A stretch of DNA of 64,000 nucleotides from an uncultured Sulfolobales archaeon (GTDB taxonomy: Archaea; Thermoproteota; Thermoprotei_A; Sulfolobales; NBVN01): positions 19,864 to 83,863 of the forward strand of contig CALIBI010000007.1 in NCBI GenBank assembly GCA_938045815.1. Reading direction: 5' to 3'. The notes beneath the pieces are model-generated. The model was not told the DNA's origin. It saw nothing but the letters and a program-made list of their open reading frames with translations, and searched no databases. Each line of letters opens with the position of its first letter. Positions within the stretch are counted from its first letter, which is position 1. A program made the translations under genes and the position numbers. Of this stretch, positions 19,486 through 29,485 are shown one piece after another.

Positions 19486-19911
19486 TCAGGAGGTCTTGAG
19501 TTTAGATCTCATGTTCAATCCCTCAAGAAAGAAGAGAGTAAAAGCTACCACACCAAGAATCAGCAATAACAACTTATCTGAGGTTACGGACCTACTAATG
19601 ATGATCATGTATGCTTGACTCAAGCTAACACCCAAGAAAAATAATGAGTATATCAAGAGTCTAGGTGTTAGTTTTCCTCCCAGAAAAACGTAGCCCTCTA
19701 AATGGATTATTTTGGCGGCTGTGTAGCCGTCCCCCCTCCTACTAATAATACCTAAATCTTCTAGCCTCTTAAGATGATAATACACACTACTTACAGGCAT
19801 GTCTAGCGCTCTAGCAATATCTCTAACTCCCTTAGGTTCTTTAGATTCCAGGAGATACACGTATATCTTAAGAGCAGCTCTACTTAAGTCTTCAGCTTGA
19901 GTCACCATCAA
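19486..19911 (-). CDS. Membrane-anchored winged-HTH transcriptional regulator
   Basis: KIYVYLLESKEPKGVRDIARALDMPVSSVYYHLKRLEDLGII wHTH followed by two C-terminal hydrophobic helices. Confidence 0.8.
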   Translation of the reverse strand: MMVTQAEDLSRAALKIYVYLLESKEPKGVRDIARALDMPVSSVYYHLKRLEDLGIISRRGDGYTAAKIIHLEGYVFLGGKLTPRLLIYSLFFLGVSLSQAYMIIISRSVTSDKLLLLILGVVAFTLFFLEGLNMRSKLKTS

Positions 19912-19968
19912 CTACGCCACTAATACTGTTACGTGACTCTCACTAAAAAACAAAAAGAGTTTCTCTAG

Positions 19969-19998
19969 TGTTCTAGTATTCGAACAATACTGTTCTAG
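19969..19998 (+). promoter_or_regulatory. Shared upstream motif copy 3 (TGTTCTAGTATTC; TGTTC-N8-GAACA dyad, TGTTCTAG repeated)
   Basis: Begins 78 nt upstream of ATG 20047 and lies in the divergent region shared with the wHTH gene. Confidence 0.45.
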
Positions 19999-20046
19999 GT
20001 ACAGAGTTATCTAAGATTAAATCAAGAGGTTTAGTGAGGTGATTCG

Positions 20047-22212
20047 ATGAAGCGTGAAGTCTTCATAACACTAGCTATTATGTCTCTAGTTGTTGGTGCG
20101 TCAATACCACTAATTATGAGTGGTATTCTTAAAGAAACTTACGGACCTGTGGGAACTAGTACTACACCGACGTACGGATTGAGTAGTCCTTATGGGGGAC
20201 AGCAAGTAAATATTTCTTTAACTAACTTAGGTGATTTGAGGAGGTTTAGTAGTTATGAGGAGCTAGCTCAGTATTTGAGGTCTTTAATGAGTCTCAATAC
20301 GTTGGTTAATCAGTTAGTTCATCAGCATAACTTACGGCTCACCGTACTTAAAGGGATTGCGGGGGAGGGTTACGTCACCACGCAACAGGAAATAATCACC
20401 TCAATCTCTAAAACTAACGTTCAGGTTGAGGGTATTGATGAGCCAGACATAGTGAAGAATAATGCTGAGTTAATAGTTGTTGCTTCAGACAGTAAGGTAT
20501 TCGTTGTGAGTGTTCAGAGAAAAACAGTCTTGAGTGTGCTTATTCTAGACGAGTACGTGAGAGGCTTATTCCTCCACGAAAACAAGCTAGTAGTTATTAC
20601 TGAAACATACGTTAGGTACCCGATAACGCCTGACTTAGAGTGTAGGTGTTTCGTAGTACCTCCCGGAACTCCCAACGTGAATACGTACGTTTACGACATC
20701 AGCAACGCTAGCAACCCAGTCTTACTAAGCAGGATTTCCGTGACTGGTAGTATGCTGAGTTCTAGACTTTCAGGGAATTACCTCTACGTAGTAACTAATA
20801 CGCTACTTAACGAGTCCATAATACCTCTAATTAATGAGGAACCCGCACCACTAGAAACTCTAGTAGTAGTGGATGTTGTTCCTAACTCATACACTCTGAT
20901 ACTGGCGTTGAGTCTTGATGAACTAAACTACACTACCTACACTTTCTTGACTGGTGGTGGTAGCTGGCTTTACATGTCCCTCAATAACCTCTACGTAGCT
21001 CGCGAAACTAGATTTGGTTTTCTTGACGCGTACGTACGCACACTAAAAACCTTCACTAACTACCTACCTAACGAAACAGCAAACAAAATAATTGAGTTGA
21101 TTCATAAGGGTTGGTTAGACGTAGCTCGCGAGAAAATTGAAGACTACCTCCTAAGAATGGATGAGGAGAGTCGTAGAGAGTTGCTTAGTAAGGTTATTAA
21201 TGAAGTTAATAAAGAACCTAAATATGACTCAACGACGTTTTACGTATTCTCTGTTGAGGGACTCACGATAAGTTTGAGAGGCTCCTTCAACGTCTCAGGA
21301 CATCTCCTCGATCAGTTTGCTATGGAGGAAGCAGGCAATTACTTCATAACTGCTACAACAGGAAGCAACTACTCAGTAGTAATTTTGTTTGAGCCTCTAA
21401 TCAAGACATACACTACCGTAAGTAAGGAGATAGAGACACACGAGATAGTTATTCAGGAATGCTCTGTTAGTGAGTGTGTGATGAAGAAAGTCCCAGTAGT
21501 GATTAACTTGAGTGTACCGCAAGCCCCCTACGAGTATACGAGACCCACACTAATAGTATACGTGTCCGTCGTTGGCGAGACTAGCAATAACGTATTCGTG
21601 ATTGACTTAACAAGTCTTCAGGTAGTAGGTTCCTTAATAGGTCTTGCTCGTGGGGAGAGAATATATTCAGCTAGACTAATAGGAAACATATTCTTCTTAG
21701 TTACTTTCAGGCAGGTGGATCCTTTATTCGCTATAGATGTCTCAGACCCGAGCAATCCTCACGTTCTAGGATTTCTCAAAATACCTGGTTTTAGTGAGTA
21801 CCTGCACCCATTACCTAAGAACACGTTGTTAGGTATAGGTGTTGAGGGACCTAACCTAAAAATATCGTTATTTAACGTTTCAGACCCGACCAACATGAGT
21901 GAAGTCTCGAAAGTTATGGTATACTCAGCGTGGTCTCAAGCTCTCCACGATTATCACGCAGTAACAGTATATTTAGAGAAAGAAATTGTCATGATTCCTC
22001 TCACGAGTTACGTAACGTATCACGTACCTAACGGAGCACTAGTAGTAAGCTACAGAAACAACACACTAAGAGTTGAGACAATACTTCCTCACGAGTACTG
22101 CTTACGGATAGCCTACGTAGGTAACGAACTCTTCACGATCTCACTAAACCTCATAAAGATATTCGATGCTAATACTTACGAGGAATTAGGTCAGATAATT
22201 CTTGAAAAATAA
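20047..22212 (+). CDS. Secreted beta-propeller domain protein (COG4880-like)
   Basis: N-terminal TM/signal, SKTNVQVEGIDEPDIVKN, GERIYSAR, FLVTFRQVDPLFAID and LKIPGFSEYLHP. Confidence 0.88.
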   Translation: MKREVFITLAIMSLVVGASIPLIMSGILKETYGPVGTSTTPTYGLSSPYGGQQVNISLTNLGDLRRFSSYEELAQYLRSLMSLNTLVNQLVHQHNLRLTVLKGIAGEGYVTTQQEIITSISKTNVQVEGIDEPDIVKNNAELIVVASDSKVFVVSVQRKTVLSVLILDEYVRGLFLHENKLVVITETYVRYPITPDLECRCFVVPPGTPNVNTYVYDISNASNPVLLSRISVTGSMLSSRLSGNYLYVVTNTLLNESIIPLINEEPAPLETLVVVDVVPNSYTLILALSLDELNYTTYTFLTGGGSWLYMSLNNLYVARETRFGFLDAYVRTLKTFTNYLPNETANKIIELIHKGWLDVAREKIEDYLLRMDEESRRELLSKVINEVNKEPKYDSTTFYVFSVEGLTISLRGSFNVSGHLLDQFAMEEAGNYFITATTGSNYSVVILFEPLIKTYTTVSKEIETHEIVIQECSVSECVMKKVPVVINLSVPQAPYEYTRPTLIVYVSVVGETSNNVFVIDLTSLQVVGSLIGLARGERIYSARLIGNIFFLVTFRQVDPLFAIDVSDPSNPHVLGFLKIPGFSEYLHPLPKNTLLGIGVEGPNLKISLFNVSDPTNMSEVSKVMVYSAWSQALHDYHAVTVYLEKEIVMIPLTSYVTYHVPNGALVVSYRNNTLRVETILPHEYCLRIAYVGNELFTISLNLIKIFDANTYEELGQIILEK

Positions 22213-22241
22213 GTTATGTTTTTAATTTAAGGTATTTCTCT

Positions 22242-23996
22242 TCAAGGATAATTAGGTACTGCGGGAGGCAACTTACTCATTTTTGAGTAGATCCTACTTA
22301 GTATGAAGTGAACTATTATTAGTAGTATTATTCCGGCAGGTAGTAGTATTAGTGGGCTTGTCACTCCTAAAGCTAGGAGAGCGTAGAGTACCGCACCTAT
22401 AAGTCCTGCTGTCAACGCGTAAGGTAGTTGTGTTGAGACGTGATCTATATGGTCTGAAGCAGAGAACATTGATGACATTATGGTCGTGTCGCTTATTGGT
22501 GAGCAATGATCTCCGAAGATACTGCCTCCGAATACAGCTCCTATAGATGCGAAAGTAACTAAATACGCTATACCTATGTTATCCGGGTATTGAAGTAGAG
22601 CTAGTTGCCAAGCCATGGGTACGGCTATAGGCATCATGACACCAAAAGTCCCCCAGCTAGTGCCTGTATTGAACGATATGAACATTGAGACTAGATATAT
22701 TACTAACGGAACAAGAAATACTGAAAGCCCTGCTACTACTGCTCCGTGAATCACGTACTCAGCAGTACCTACAGCATCTGTTGCTGACTTGATGGACCAA
22801 GCATGAAGCAAGATAGTGTTGGGCAGAACCATTAAGTACATGCCCTTAATTGTGTGCTTCATTACATCCCTGAAACTCATTATCCGCCCTAACAATACCC
22901 AAGCAAATGTGACTAGGTATGTCGCCATACCTGCCCAGAAGAGTGCTTTAGCCGTGTCGGCATTCATTAAAGCGTCTGTGAATGGTGTTTCCCAAAATCT
23001 GCTGATTTCTTCAGCACCTGTGGCCCACATACCTAGTAGAGTGACAAGCACTAAAACTATCATGGCTATCGCGAATAACCATCCAGAGGCTTGCTTCCTA
23101 GACGTTGGCTCCGCACCCAAGATTTCCTCTGTAGGTAGTAGAGGGGTTGCGCCATCCCTGATTACTTTACCTTCCCTTACTGCTCTCCATTCTGCCTGAA
23201 GCATGGGTCCGTAGTGTCTTCTAGTAAGCACTACTACAAACACTAGTAGTATAGCTAGTATCGAGTAGAAGTGGTAAGGAACAGAGTTTAGCCACATCAG
23301 GTATGCTTCATACGCAGGTGCAGCACTTATTTCTCCTTTCCCAGCCAGTTCTCTTAAGGTATCTATTGATTCCTTTATTAGTCCTACCTCATACCCTATC
23401 CAAGATGAGACTAGTGCTATACCAGCTATTGGTGCAGCAGTAGAGTCTACTATGTAGCTTAGTAACTCTCTACTAACTCTGAGTTTATCTGTTACGGGCC
23501 TCATAGAATTACCTACTATGACTGTGTTACCGTAGTCGTCAAAGAATACCGCTACACCTAGGAGTGAAGCTCCGAAAGTAGCTCCCTTAGCACTCCTAAT
23601 TCTCCTAGATATAGACCTAGCAGCTGAGTGTACTGCTCCTGACGTGTAGAGTAGCCCCATGAATGCTCCTAAGATGAAATCATATAAGAGTATCGATGCG
23701 TTCCAAGAATCTGTCGCGTTCTCTATGTACCAATCAATTAATTGTGTCGTAGCCCCTACTGGATTATATCCAGCAATCATCAAAGCACCTATCCATACAC
23801 CAGCAAATAATGCAGGAACGATTTCTCCAGTAGCTATTGCTAAAGCTATTGCTAGTAATGGTGGTAGTAGCGGGAAAGTCACGTAAGGAAACCTCTTATC
23901 TTCAGGCATGAACTCTGCTTGAGGCGGCGTATAAGCTACTAAAGCTATCGCTATTATTACTAAAACTATAACTAACTTAATAATTTTTTTACTCAT
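22242..23996 (-). CDS. NhaC-family Na+/H+ antiporter or amino-acid transporter
   Basis: FFDDYGN, YIVDSTAAP, TGTSWGTFG, FGDHCSPISDTTIMSS and HVSTQLPYA. Confidence 0.88.
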   Translation of the reverse strand: MSKKIIKLVIVLVIIAIALVAYTPPQAEFMPEDKRFPYVTFPLLPPLLAIALAIATGEIVPALFAGVWIGALMIAGYNPVGATTQLIDWYIENATDSWNASILLYDFILGAFMGLLYTSGAVHSAARSISRRIRSAKGATFGASLLGVAVFFDDYGNTVIVGNSMRPVTDKLRVSRELLSYIVDSTAAPIAGIALVSSWIGYEVGLIKESIDTLRELAGKGEISAAPAYEAYLMWLNSVPYHFYSILAILLVFVVVLTRRHYGPMLQAEWRAVREGKVIRDGATPLLPTEEILGAEPTSRKQASGWLFAIAMIVLVLVTLLGMWATGAEEISRFWETPFTDALMNADTAKALFWAGMATYLVTFAWVLLGRIMSFRDVMKHTIKGMYLMVLPNTILLHAWSIKSATDAVGTAEYVIHGAVVAGLSVFLVPLVIYLVSMFISFNTGTSWGTFGVMMPIAVPMAWQLALLQYPDNIGIAYLVTFASIGAVFGGSIFGDHCSPISDTTIMSSMFSASDHIDHVSTQLPYALTAGLIGAVLYALLALGVTSPLILLPAGIILLIIVHFILSRIYSKMSKLPPAVPNYP

Positions 23997-24061
23997 TGCG
24001 TAACACCTGATTCTGCTTACATAATTATATATAAGGTGTGTTTAAAAAGTTTACGATTGGT

Positions 24062-24859
24062 CTATACTTCATAGATTGGGAGACTTAAGCACGTTACCCC
24101 GCCATCACATTTCTCGAACTCGGAAATATCTACCTCAATAACTCTGTAGCCTTCACTCCTCATCCTCTCAACTGTTTTAGGGTGTCCCTCAGGAATAAGC
24201 ACTTTATTATCACCCAAGTACAACATGTTTGCTGCGTAAGCCTCCTCCAGAACCACGCGGATGAGTCTGAAACCACTAAAGTATGAGGAATCAACGTACT
24301 CAGGCACTATAACTAAAGTTTTGTTGCCTACATAATTAACAGCTGAGAGTAAGTGAAATACCTTATCATTAGGTATCGGGACTACTTTTAAGTCTTTGAA
24401 GAAATTCCTTAAAAACTCAGCACCATTCGCGTTCGTCCTGCTAGTAATCCCAACAAATACGACGCCTTCACCAGTAACTAGGACATCCCCACCCTCTAGT
24501 GTGGCTGGTTCTACAACGTCTGTGATGACGAATCCCATCCTACTTAAGAACTCACGAATACTTGATTCCTCCCCTCTCCTACTAGGTGCTCCAAACCTAG
24601 AAATCAAAGCACGCTTAACAGGAGACCTCACAACAGCAGTATCTTGAATAAACACGGAGTCCGGGAAACCCTCAAGTTGCGGTAATTTGAAAACCTCAAT
24701 ACCTTCTTCTTGAAGAATCCTCACGTAATTCTCATGCTGCTTAAGTGCTAATCTATAATCTACGGTATCTCTCAACGGATGTGATGACACGCACTTCACG
24801 AGCTCCTTAACGGGAGGTCTCACCACGACAGAGTTATACAATCTACCCTTACTACTCAC
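24062..24859 (-). CDS. Dimethylarginine dimethylaminohydrolase/arginine deiminase (amidinotransferase superfamily)
   Basis: FPDSVFIQD, RRGE, LEGGDV, HL and C-terminal GGVTCLS catalytic Cys. Confidence 0.88.
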   Translation of the reverse strand: MSSKGRLYNSVVVRPPVKELVKCVSSHPLRDTVDYRLALKQHENYVRILQEEGIEVFKLPQLEGFPDSVFIQDTAVVRSPVKRALISRFGAPSRRGEESSIREFLSRMGFVITDVVEPATLEGGDVLVTGEGVVFVGITSRTNANGAEFLRNFFKDLKVVPIPNDKVFHLLSAVNYVGNKTLVIVPEYVDSSYFSGFRLIRVVLEEAYAANMLYLGDNKVLIPEGHPKTVERMRSEGYRVIEVDISEFEKCDGGVTCLSLPIYEV

Positions 24860-25023
24860 GTTCTCGCCTCGAGAGCATACTTACCGAGAACTTTATAAAG
24901 ATGCGTAATCGAAAATCGTGACATGCTGATCCCTACCTTACTATTTTGGGTGCTTGTGGGAGAATTCGGTAGTGTACCTCCCAACGAAACCTGGTAGCTC
25001 GTATGGAGGCTATTGTTAAATAT

Positions 25024-25581
25024 CTACTTGATGTCTACGCTTATACTTCTTAACACGTTTCTTAATACGTGGTTGCAATCCTTAGGTAGTCCGGAATTAA
25101 CTATCTCTTCTATGGTGTTTCTAACGTTTAGTACTATTTCTCTCACATCCTCATAGCCTGCTTTGAGGTAGCGTATGCCTTGAAGATATGTTGCTACAGC
25201 GTCCGAAAGCCTTACTAGTTTTGCTTCGTTGGTAAAACCTTTATTTAGGTCTTCCAGCAAGTCCGCATACTTACTTAGGTTGAGTTGATTCATAGCTTCT
25301 AACTCTGCCTCAGCAAAAAGTTCGGGGGCTTTAGTCTTAACTAATCTCACGACATCCCCTATAACTGCTTCAGGTACGTCGTGCAGCAAGCTCATTTTCA
25401 GAACTTTCTCTACGTTAACTTCAAGACAACTACCTCTCAGCACGTCTGCTAAGTACATACTAACCATCATTACCTCGAAGGTATGACTAGCTACTGTTTC
25501 AGCGACAGAGTTTGGTATCCCTCTTATCACCCACCCACTCCTAACAACGTATTTTAGATTTGAGATTCTCTCTAGGTTCAT
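25024..25581 (-). CDS. HD-domain hydrolase (YfbR/HDDC2-like 5'-deoxynucleotidase)
   Basis: LKYVVRSGW, ETVASH and LLHDVPEAVIGD. Confidence 0.85.
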   Translation of the reverse strand: MNLERISNLKYVVRSGWVIRGIPNSVAETVASHTFEVMMVSMYLADVLRGSCLEVNVEKVLKMSLLHDVPEAVIGDVVRLVKTKAPELFAEAELEAMNQLNLSKYADLLEDLNKGFTNEAKLVRLSDAVATYLQGIRYLKAGYEDVREIVLNVRNTIEEIVNSGLPKDCNHVLRNVLRSISVDIK

Positions 25582-25619
25582 TCACTCACCTATACAGAAT
25601 ACCTAGATATTAATTAAAG

Positions 25620-26600
25620 CTAAGCTCTTAAGCGAGAGGCATGAAGCACGAATGAAATAAGTATGGTTAGCGTGAGGTAGGTACGTGCCACGGCAAACAC
25701 TTCCTTAAGTGTTGTTGGTATTTCCTCACCTATAAGGATTCTGGCAGGACACGTAATCAAGTCTCTCAGGATTTTAGGAATTAAGATTATGAAGAGTGTG
25801 TTCCGCGTAACTAATACATGCATCACCTAATCTATTCCTTAACTCGATCTCCTCAACTAACGCAACACTCAGAACGACTTAACTACTATTAGCCAGAACA
25901 ACCCCGGTGCTGGTGGCGACCACCCCTACCTCCCTCAACCACGCTGGCCAGAGATAAGAAACCGTAACTCCATACTATGAATCTTAAGTACTGAGGATGT
26001 CTTGAAAACTCATACACACCTCTAGTACTTGGGGTCCTTCCCCGTATCCTATCGTATACCCAAGTCATCATACCTAGGAAAAAGATTGTTAGTCCAGCCA
26101 CCATGAACACGAAACATGCTGGAGCGAGAAATCACCACTTAATTCAGATACTACCAACTTAGCGATCCAAGTAACTACTGCGTTAATCATATGTATAGGA
26201 ACGTAAGTAATTGAACGAGCCTCACGAAGATTTCTGAATCCGTAAAAGAGAACCACAGTAGCCTCAAAACCCTACTCCTGCTAAGAAAACATCGTGAACG
26301 CGAAATACCCTAATTATTAATAAGTAAAGAAGTAGTGAACCAAATAAAGATGGCCTAATCTCGTTAAGCAGAAACCCAGTACCTATGATGATAAAAACTA
26401 TTACTAACCCACGTAGCCGAAGACTCTTAAACTTGACTCTAGCTCTTGACGCCTCGGAAATCCGTCAAGATAACGCAGTCAGTGACGAAGCCGAGCACTC
26501 AATCATTAACCATTTTTAACGATCTCTGTTGATTAGCATATTAGTGCTGATGAGAAAAACGCTGAGAAACCTATAGACACTAGTAGCCGTACCTATTCAA
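25620..26600 (-). pseudogene. Decayed isoprenylcysteine carboxyl methyltransferase-like membrane protein
   Basis: Fragments across frames (FLAGVGVLRLLW; GVYEFSRHPQY...WSYG; VALVEEIELRNRLGD; IPKILRDLITCP) with many stops and shifts. The 25620..25826 and 25889..26110 ORFs are pieces of it. Probable original TTG start at 26600 after GGTGG. Confidence 0.65.
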
Positions 26601-26705
26601 ATAACCACCAAAACCAAGACACGTAAACTAAAATAAAAGTGATGAGTACTCAGAACTCACATTTTTAACTATATTCCTCGTAAATATATATGAGAGGTGT
26701 CTTGA

Positions 26706-28148
26706 TTGAGCTTTAGTGAGGAACTCTTAACTAGGTTAATTGATGAGGGAAGTTCTGCTGGAGCTTCTTACGTGGAGGTGCGTTATCAGAACGATTACGG
26801 CATCTTAGTTTCTATGAGGAATGGTAAGGTGTTAGGGGTTGGGTCATTCAAAGAAGAGGGTGTTGGAATTAGAGTCTTAGTTAACGGGTCTCTAGGGTTT
26901 GCAGCAACAAACGACTTAAGTAGGGAGGGTCTTAGTAAGGCACTCGAGAATGCTATTAGTAGAGCTAGGTCGGTAGCTCAACTGAGGAAGAACCCTATAC
27001 AATTTACTGAGGAGAAGGTTGGTAGAGCTTCTTACGAGGTCGTACCGAAAATTAAGTTAGAGGACGTGAGTATAGAGGGTTTGATGAGTTTAGGTAAGGA
27101 AGTATTTAGAGTTTTAACAGAGTCTGTTAGTCAGGTCAAGCTTCCGGTCTGCGTATTCAGTGCTGAGACCCACGTTCAAGAAAAACTAATTATTACATCG
27201 GACGGCGCTTACGTCAGGTCTAGAGTTCCTAGGATGTATGTCTCAGCTAATCTAGTACTCTTCCACCCGCAGAAAGGCACCCTACAAAGAATGAAGGAAT
27301 TCGGTAGTTCTGGTGGTGGTGAATTGCTTGATATGTGGAGACCTGTCGATGTTTTAGTAGATGAAGCTAAGAAGCTTGAGGTAGTTTTGGTGAACGGTGT
27401 TGAGCCTCCTAAAGAACCTGTTGACGTAGTTGTAGGGTCTGAGATAGTAGGGTTGTTAGTTCATGAATCGGCCGGACACCCTATGGAGGCTGACAGAATA
27501 TTAGGGCGTGAAGCTGCGCAAGCCGGAGAATCGTATGTTAAGCAGGAAATGATCGGTAGATTTAGGGTAGGTAATGAGTTAGCTACAGTGATTGAGGACC
27601 CCACAATACCTGGTAGTAACGGCTTCTACTTATACGATGATGAGGGAGTGCCTGCAAGACCTAGGTATCTCTATAAGGAAGGAATGATAAACGAGGCTCT
27701 CCATAACAGGCACACAGCAAATATCTTCGGTGTAAAAAGCAACGCTGCAGCCAGAGCAATGAATTACGCGTCGGAACCAATAATACGTATGAGTAACACT
27801 TACCTCAAACCAGGAACGATGAGTTTCGACGAACTTATTGAGGACATTAGTGCTGGAGTCTTCATTAAGTCCTACATGGAGTGGAACATTGACGACATAA
27901 GATGGAATCAAAGATATGTGGGTTTAGAAGCTTACGTAATAAGAGGTGGTGAGTTGGCTGAACCTGTTAGAAATCCAGCACTAGAAATAACTACTCAGGG
28001 GTTCTACAGCAACATAGTAGCTACCGATAAAGAACTAAAGTTCTATCCCGGTACTTGCGGTAAGGGAGAGCCTTCTCAGGGAATTCCTGTATGGTTTGGT
28101 GGTCCGAATGTTAGGATCTCCAAAATTAGGTTGGGGGTGACGGTGTGA
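26706..28148 (+). CDS. tldD: TldD metalloprotease (pair 2)
   Basis: HESAGHPMEADR, YDDEG, RMSNTY and CGKGEP. Confidence 0.88.
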   Translation: MSFSEELLTRLIDEGSSAGASYVEVRYQNDYGILVSMRNGKVLGVGSFKEEGVGIRVLVNGSLGFAATNDLSREGLSKALENAISRARSVAQLRKNPIQFTEEKVGRASYEVVPKIKLEDVSIEGLMSLGKEVFRVLTESVSQVKLPVCVFSAETHVQEKLIITSDGAYVRSRVPRMYVSANLVLFHPQKGTLQRMKEFGSSGGGELLDMWRPVDVLVDEAKKLEVVLVNGVEPPKEPVDVVVGSEIVGLLVHESAGHPMEADRILGREAAQAGESYVKQEMIGRFRVGNELATVIEDPTIPGSNGFYLYDDEGVPARPRYLYKEGMINEALHNRHTANIFGVKSNAAARAMNYASEPIIRMSNTYLKPGTMSFDELIEDISAGVFIKSYMEWNIDDIRWNQRYVGLEAYVIRGGELAEPVRNPALEITTQGFYSNIVATDKELKFYPGTCGKGEPSQGIPVWFGGPNVRISKIRLGVTV

Positions 28149-29479
28149 TGACTGAGATTATTGAGTTAGGGAGGAAAGTAGTTGATAGGCTGAGGAAGAG
28201 CTACGATGATGTTGCTGTAGCTATGAGGGTTCGTGACAGAGTTATGGTTAAGCTCTGGAATACTGAGCCATCAGTAACTCAGAGCTGGTTGACTACGAGC
28301 GTGGCTTTACTGCTAACTAAAGCAAGGAAGGTTTTAACACTAGAATTTTCTGTTGGTAGGCCTGAGGAAGTTCTTGAAGCCATCGAGAAGATATCGAGTG
28401 TTGTTGAGAGGGTTGAGGAGTCAGAGCTTTACGCTCCCTTACCGGAGCCGCAGGAAGTGAAGCTGGTTGAGGGTTCTTTCGACACGAAAGTAATCAACGC
28501 GATGAAGGACCCGAGCGTATTGACTAAATTAATGGTTGACGCAGCTCTATCTGAAGGAGCTGAGAGAGTTGCGGGTACACTAACTTTAAGCAGTGATGAG
28601 AGAGTCTTAATCACTAGTAAGGGGTTTGAGGGTAGTGAGAAGAAAACACTGGTTGAAGCATACTTGAGAGCGTTTAAGAATGAGTTTAGCGGTCACTGGG
28701 CTTACGGATCAACGCACGTGAGGGATGAAGAGATTAAGGAGGTTGGTAAGAAGGCTGGTATGTATGCTTCAATAACTAGTAATAAGGTAGACCTACAACC
28801 AGGCAAATACGATGTAGTCCTCTCACCACTCGTGGTAGGTAATCTGATGAATTACGTGTCTTTCATGTCTTCAGCACTAGCAGTATTAGTAGGTTACTCG
28901 ATGTTTATGAAGTTCAAACCTGGAGATAGGGTGGCTTCAGAGAAACTCACGTTAATAGACGCGCCAAGAGATCCTACACTACCTAACGTAGCGTCTTTCG
29001 ATGATGAGGGAGTACCTACATACAATAAACCTATAATAGAGAAAGGAGTGTTCCGTAACCTACTCCACAATTCTGGTACAGCAACCAAACTCGGGGTTAA
29101 ATCAACAGGTAATGCTGGTTGGATAATGCCTAGTCCTTGGAACCTCCATATGGAGCCTGGAGACCTAAGAGAAGAAGAATTGATTAGTGAGTTAAGAAAT
29201 GGGGTAGTAATAACGAACAATTGGTATACTAGGTTGCAGAATTACGTTGAGGGGGTCTTCTCTACGGTCGCACGCGATGCTACACTACTAGTTAAAGAAG
29301 GTGAGATAGTAGGTAATGTTGGTAGGGTAAGAATAGCAACGAGTTTTCCGGAACTACTCAATAGTATTGAGGGGTTAACTAGACAAACATACGATATCAC
29401 GTGGTGGGAGGTCCAAACACCTATTAGAGCGCCCTACGTGCTGGCGAGGAATATCAACTTAACTAAACCTTACATATAA
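28145..29479 (+). CDS. pmbA: TldE/PmbA family protein (pair 2)
   Basis: FDDEGVPT, STGNAG and NNWYTRLQN; 4-bp overlap with tldD. Confidence 0.85.
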   Translation: MMTEIIELGRKVVDRLRKSYDDVAVAMRVRDRVMVKLWNTEPSVTQSWLTTSVALLLTKARKVLTLEFSVGRPEEVLEAIEKISSVVERVEESELYAPLPEPQEVKLVEGSFDTKVINAMKDPSVLTKLMVDAALSEGAERVAGTLTLSSDERVLITSKGFEGSEKKTLVEAYLRAFKNEFSGHWAYGSTHVRDEEIKEVGKKAGMYASITSNKVDLQPGKYDVVLSPLVVGNLMNYVSFMSSALAVLVGYSMFMKFKPGDRVASEKLTLIDAPRDPTLPNVASFDDEGVPTYNKPIIEKGVFRNLLHNSGTATKLGVKSTGNAGWIMPSPWNLHMEPGDLREEELISELRNGVVITNNWYTRLQNYVEGVFSTVARDATLLVKEGEIVGNVGRVRIATSFPELLNSIEGLTRQTYDITWWEVQTPIRAPYVLARNINLTKPYI

Positions 29480-29485
29480 TTTTTC

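Noticed and set aside
24860..25023. Structured ncRNA in the spacer upstream of the DDAH-like gene (short hairpins GTTCTCG/CGAGAAC and TGGGAG/CTCCCA)
   Set aside because: The stems are only 6-7 bp and no C/D, H/ACA or tRNA motifs are present.
26547..26570. Hammerhead ribozyme-like CTGATGA...GAAAC
   Set aside because: Stem II cannot form, and the segment lies within the antisense strand of the ICMT-like pseudogene.
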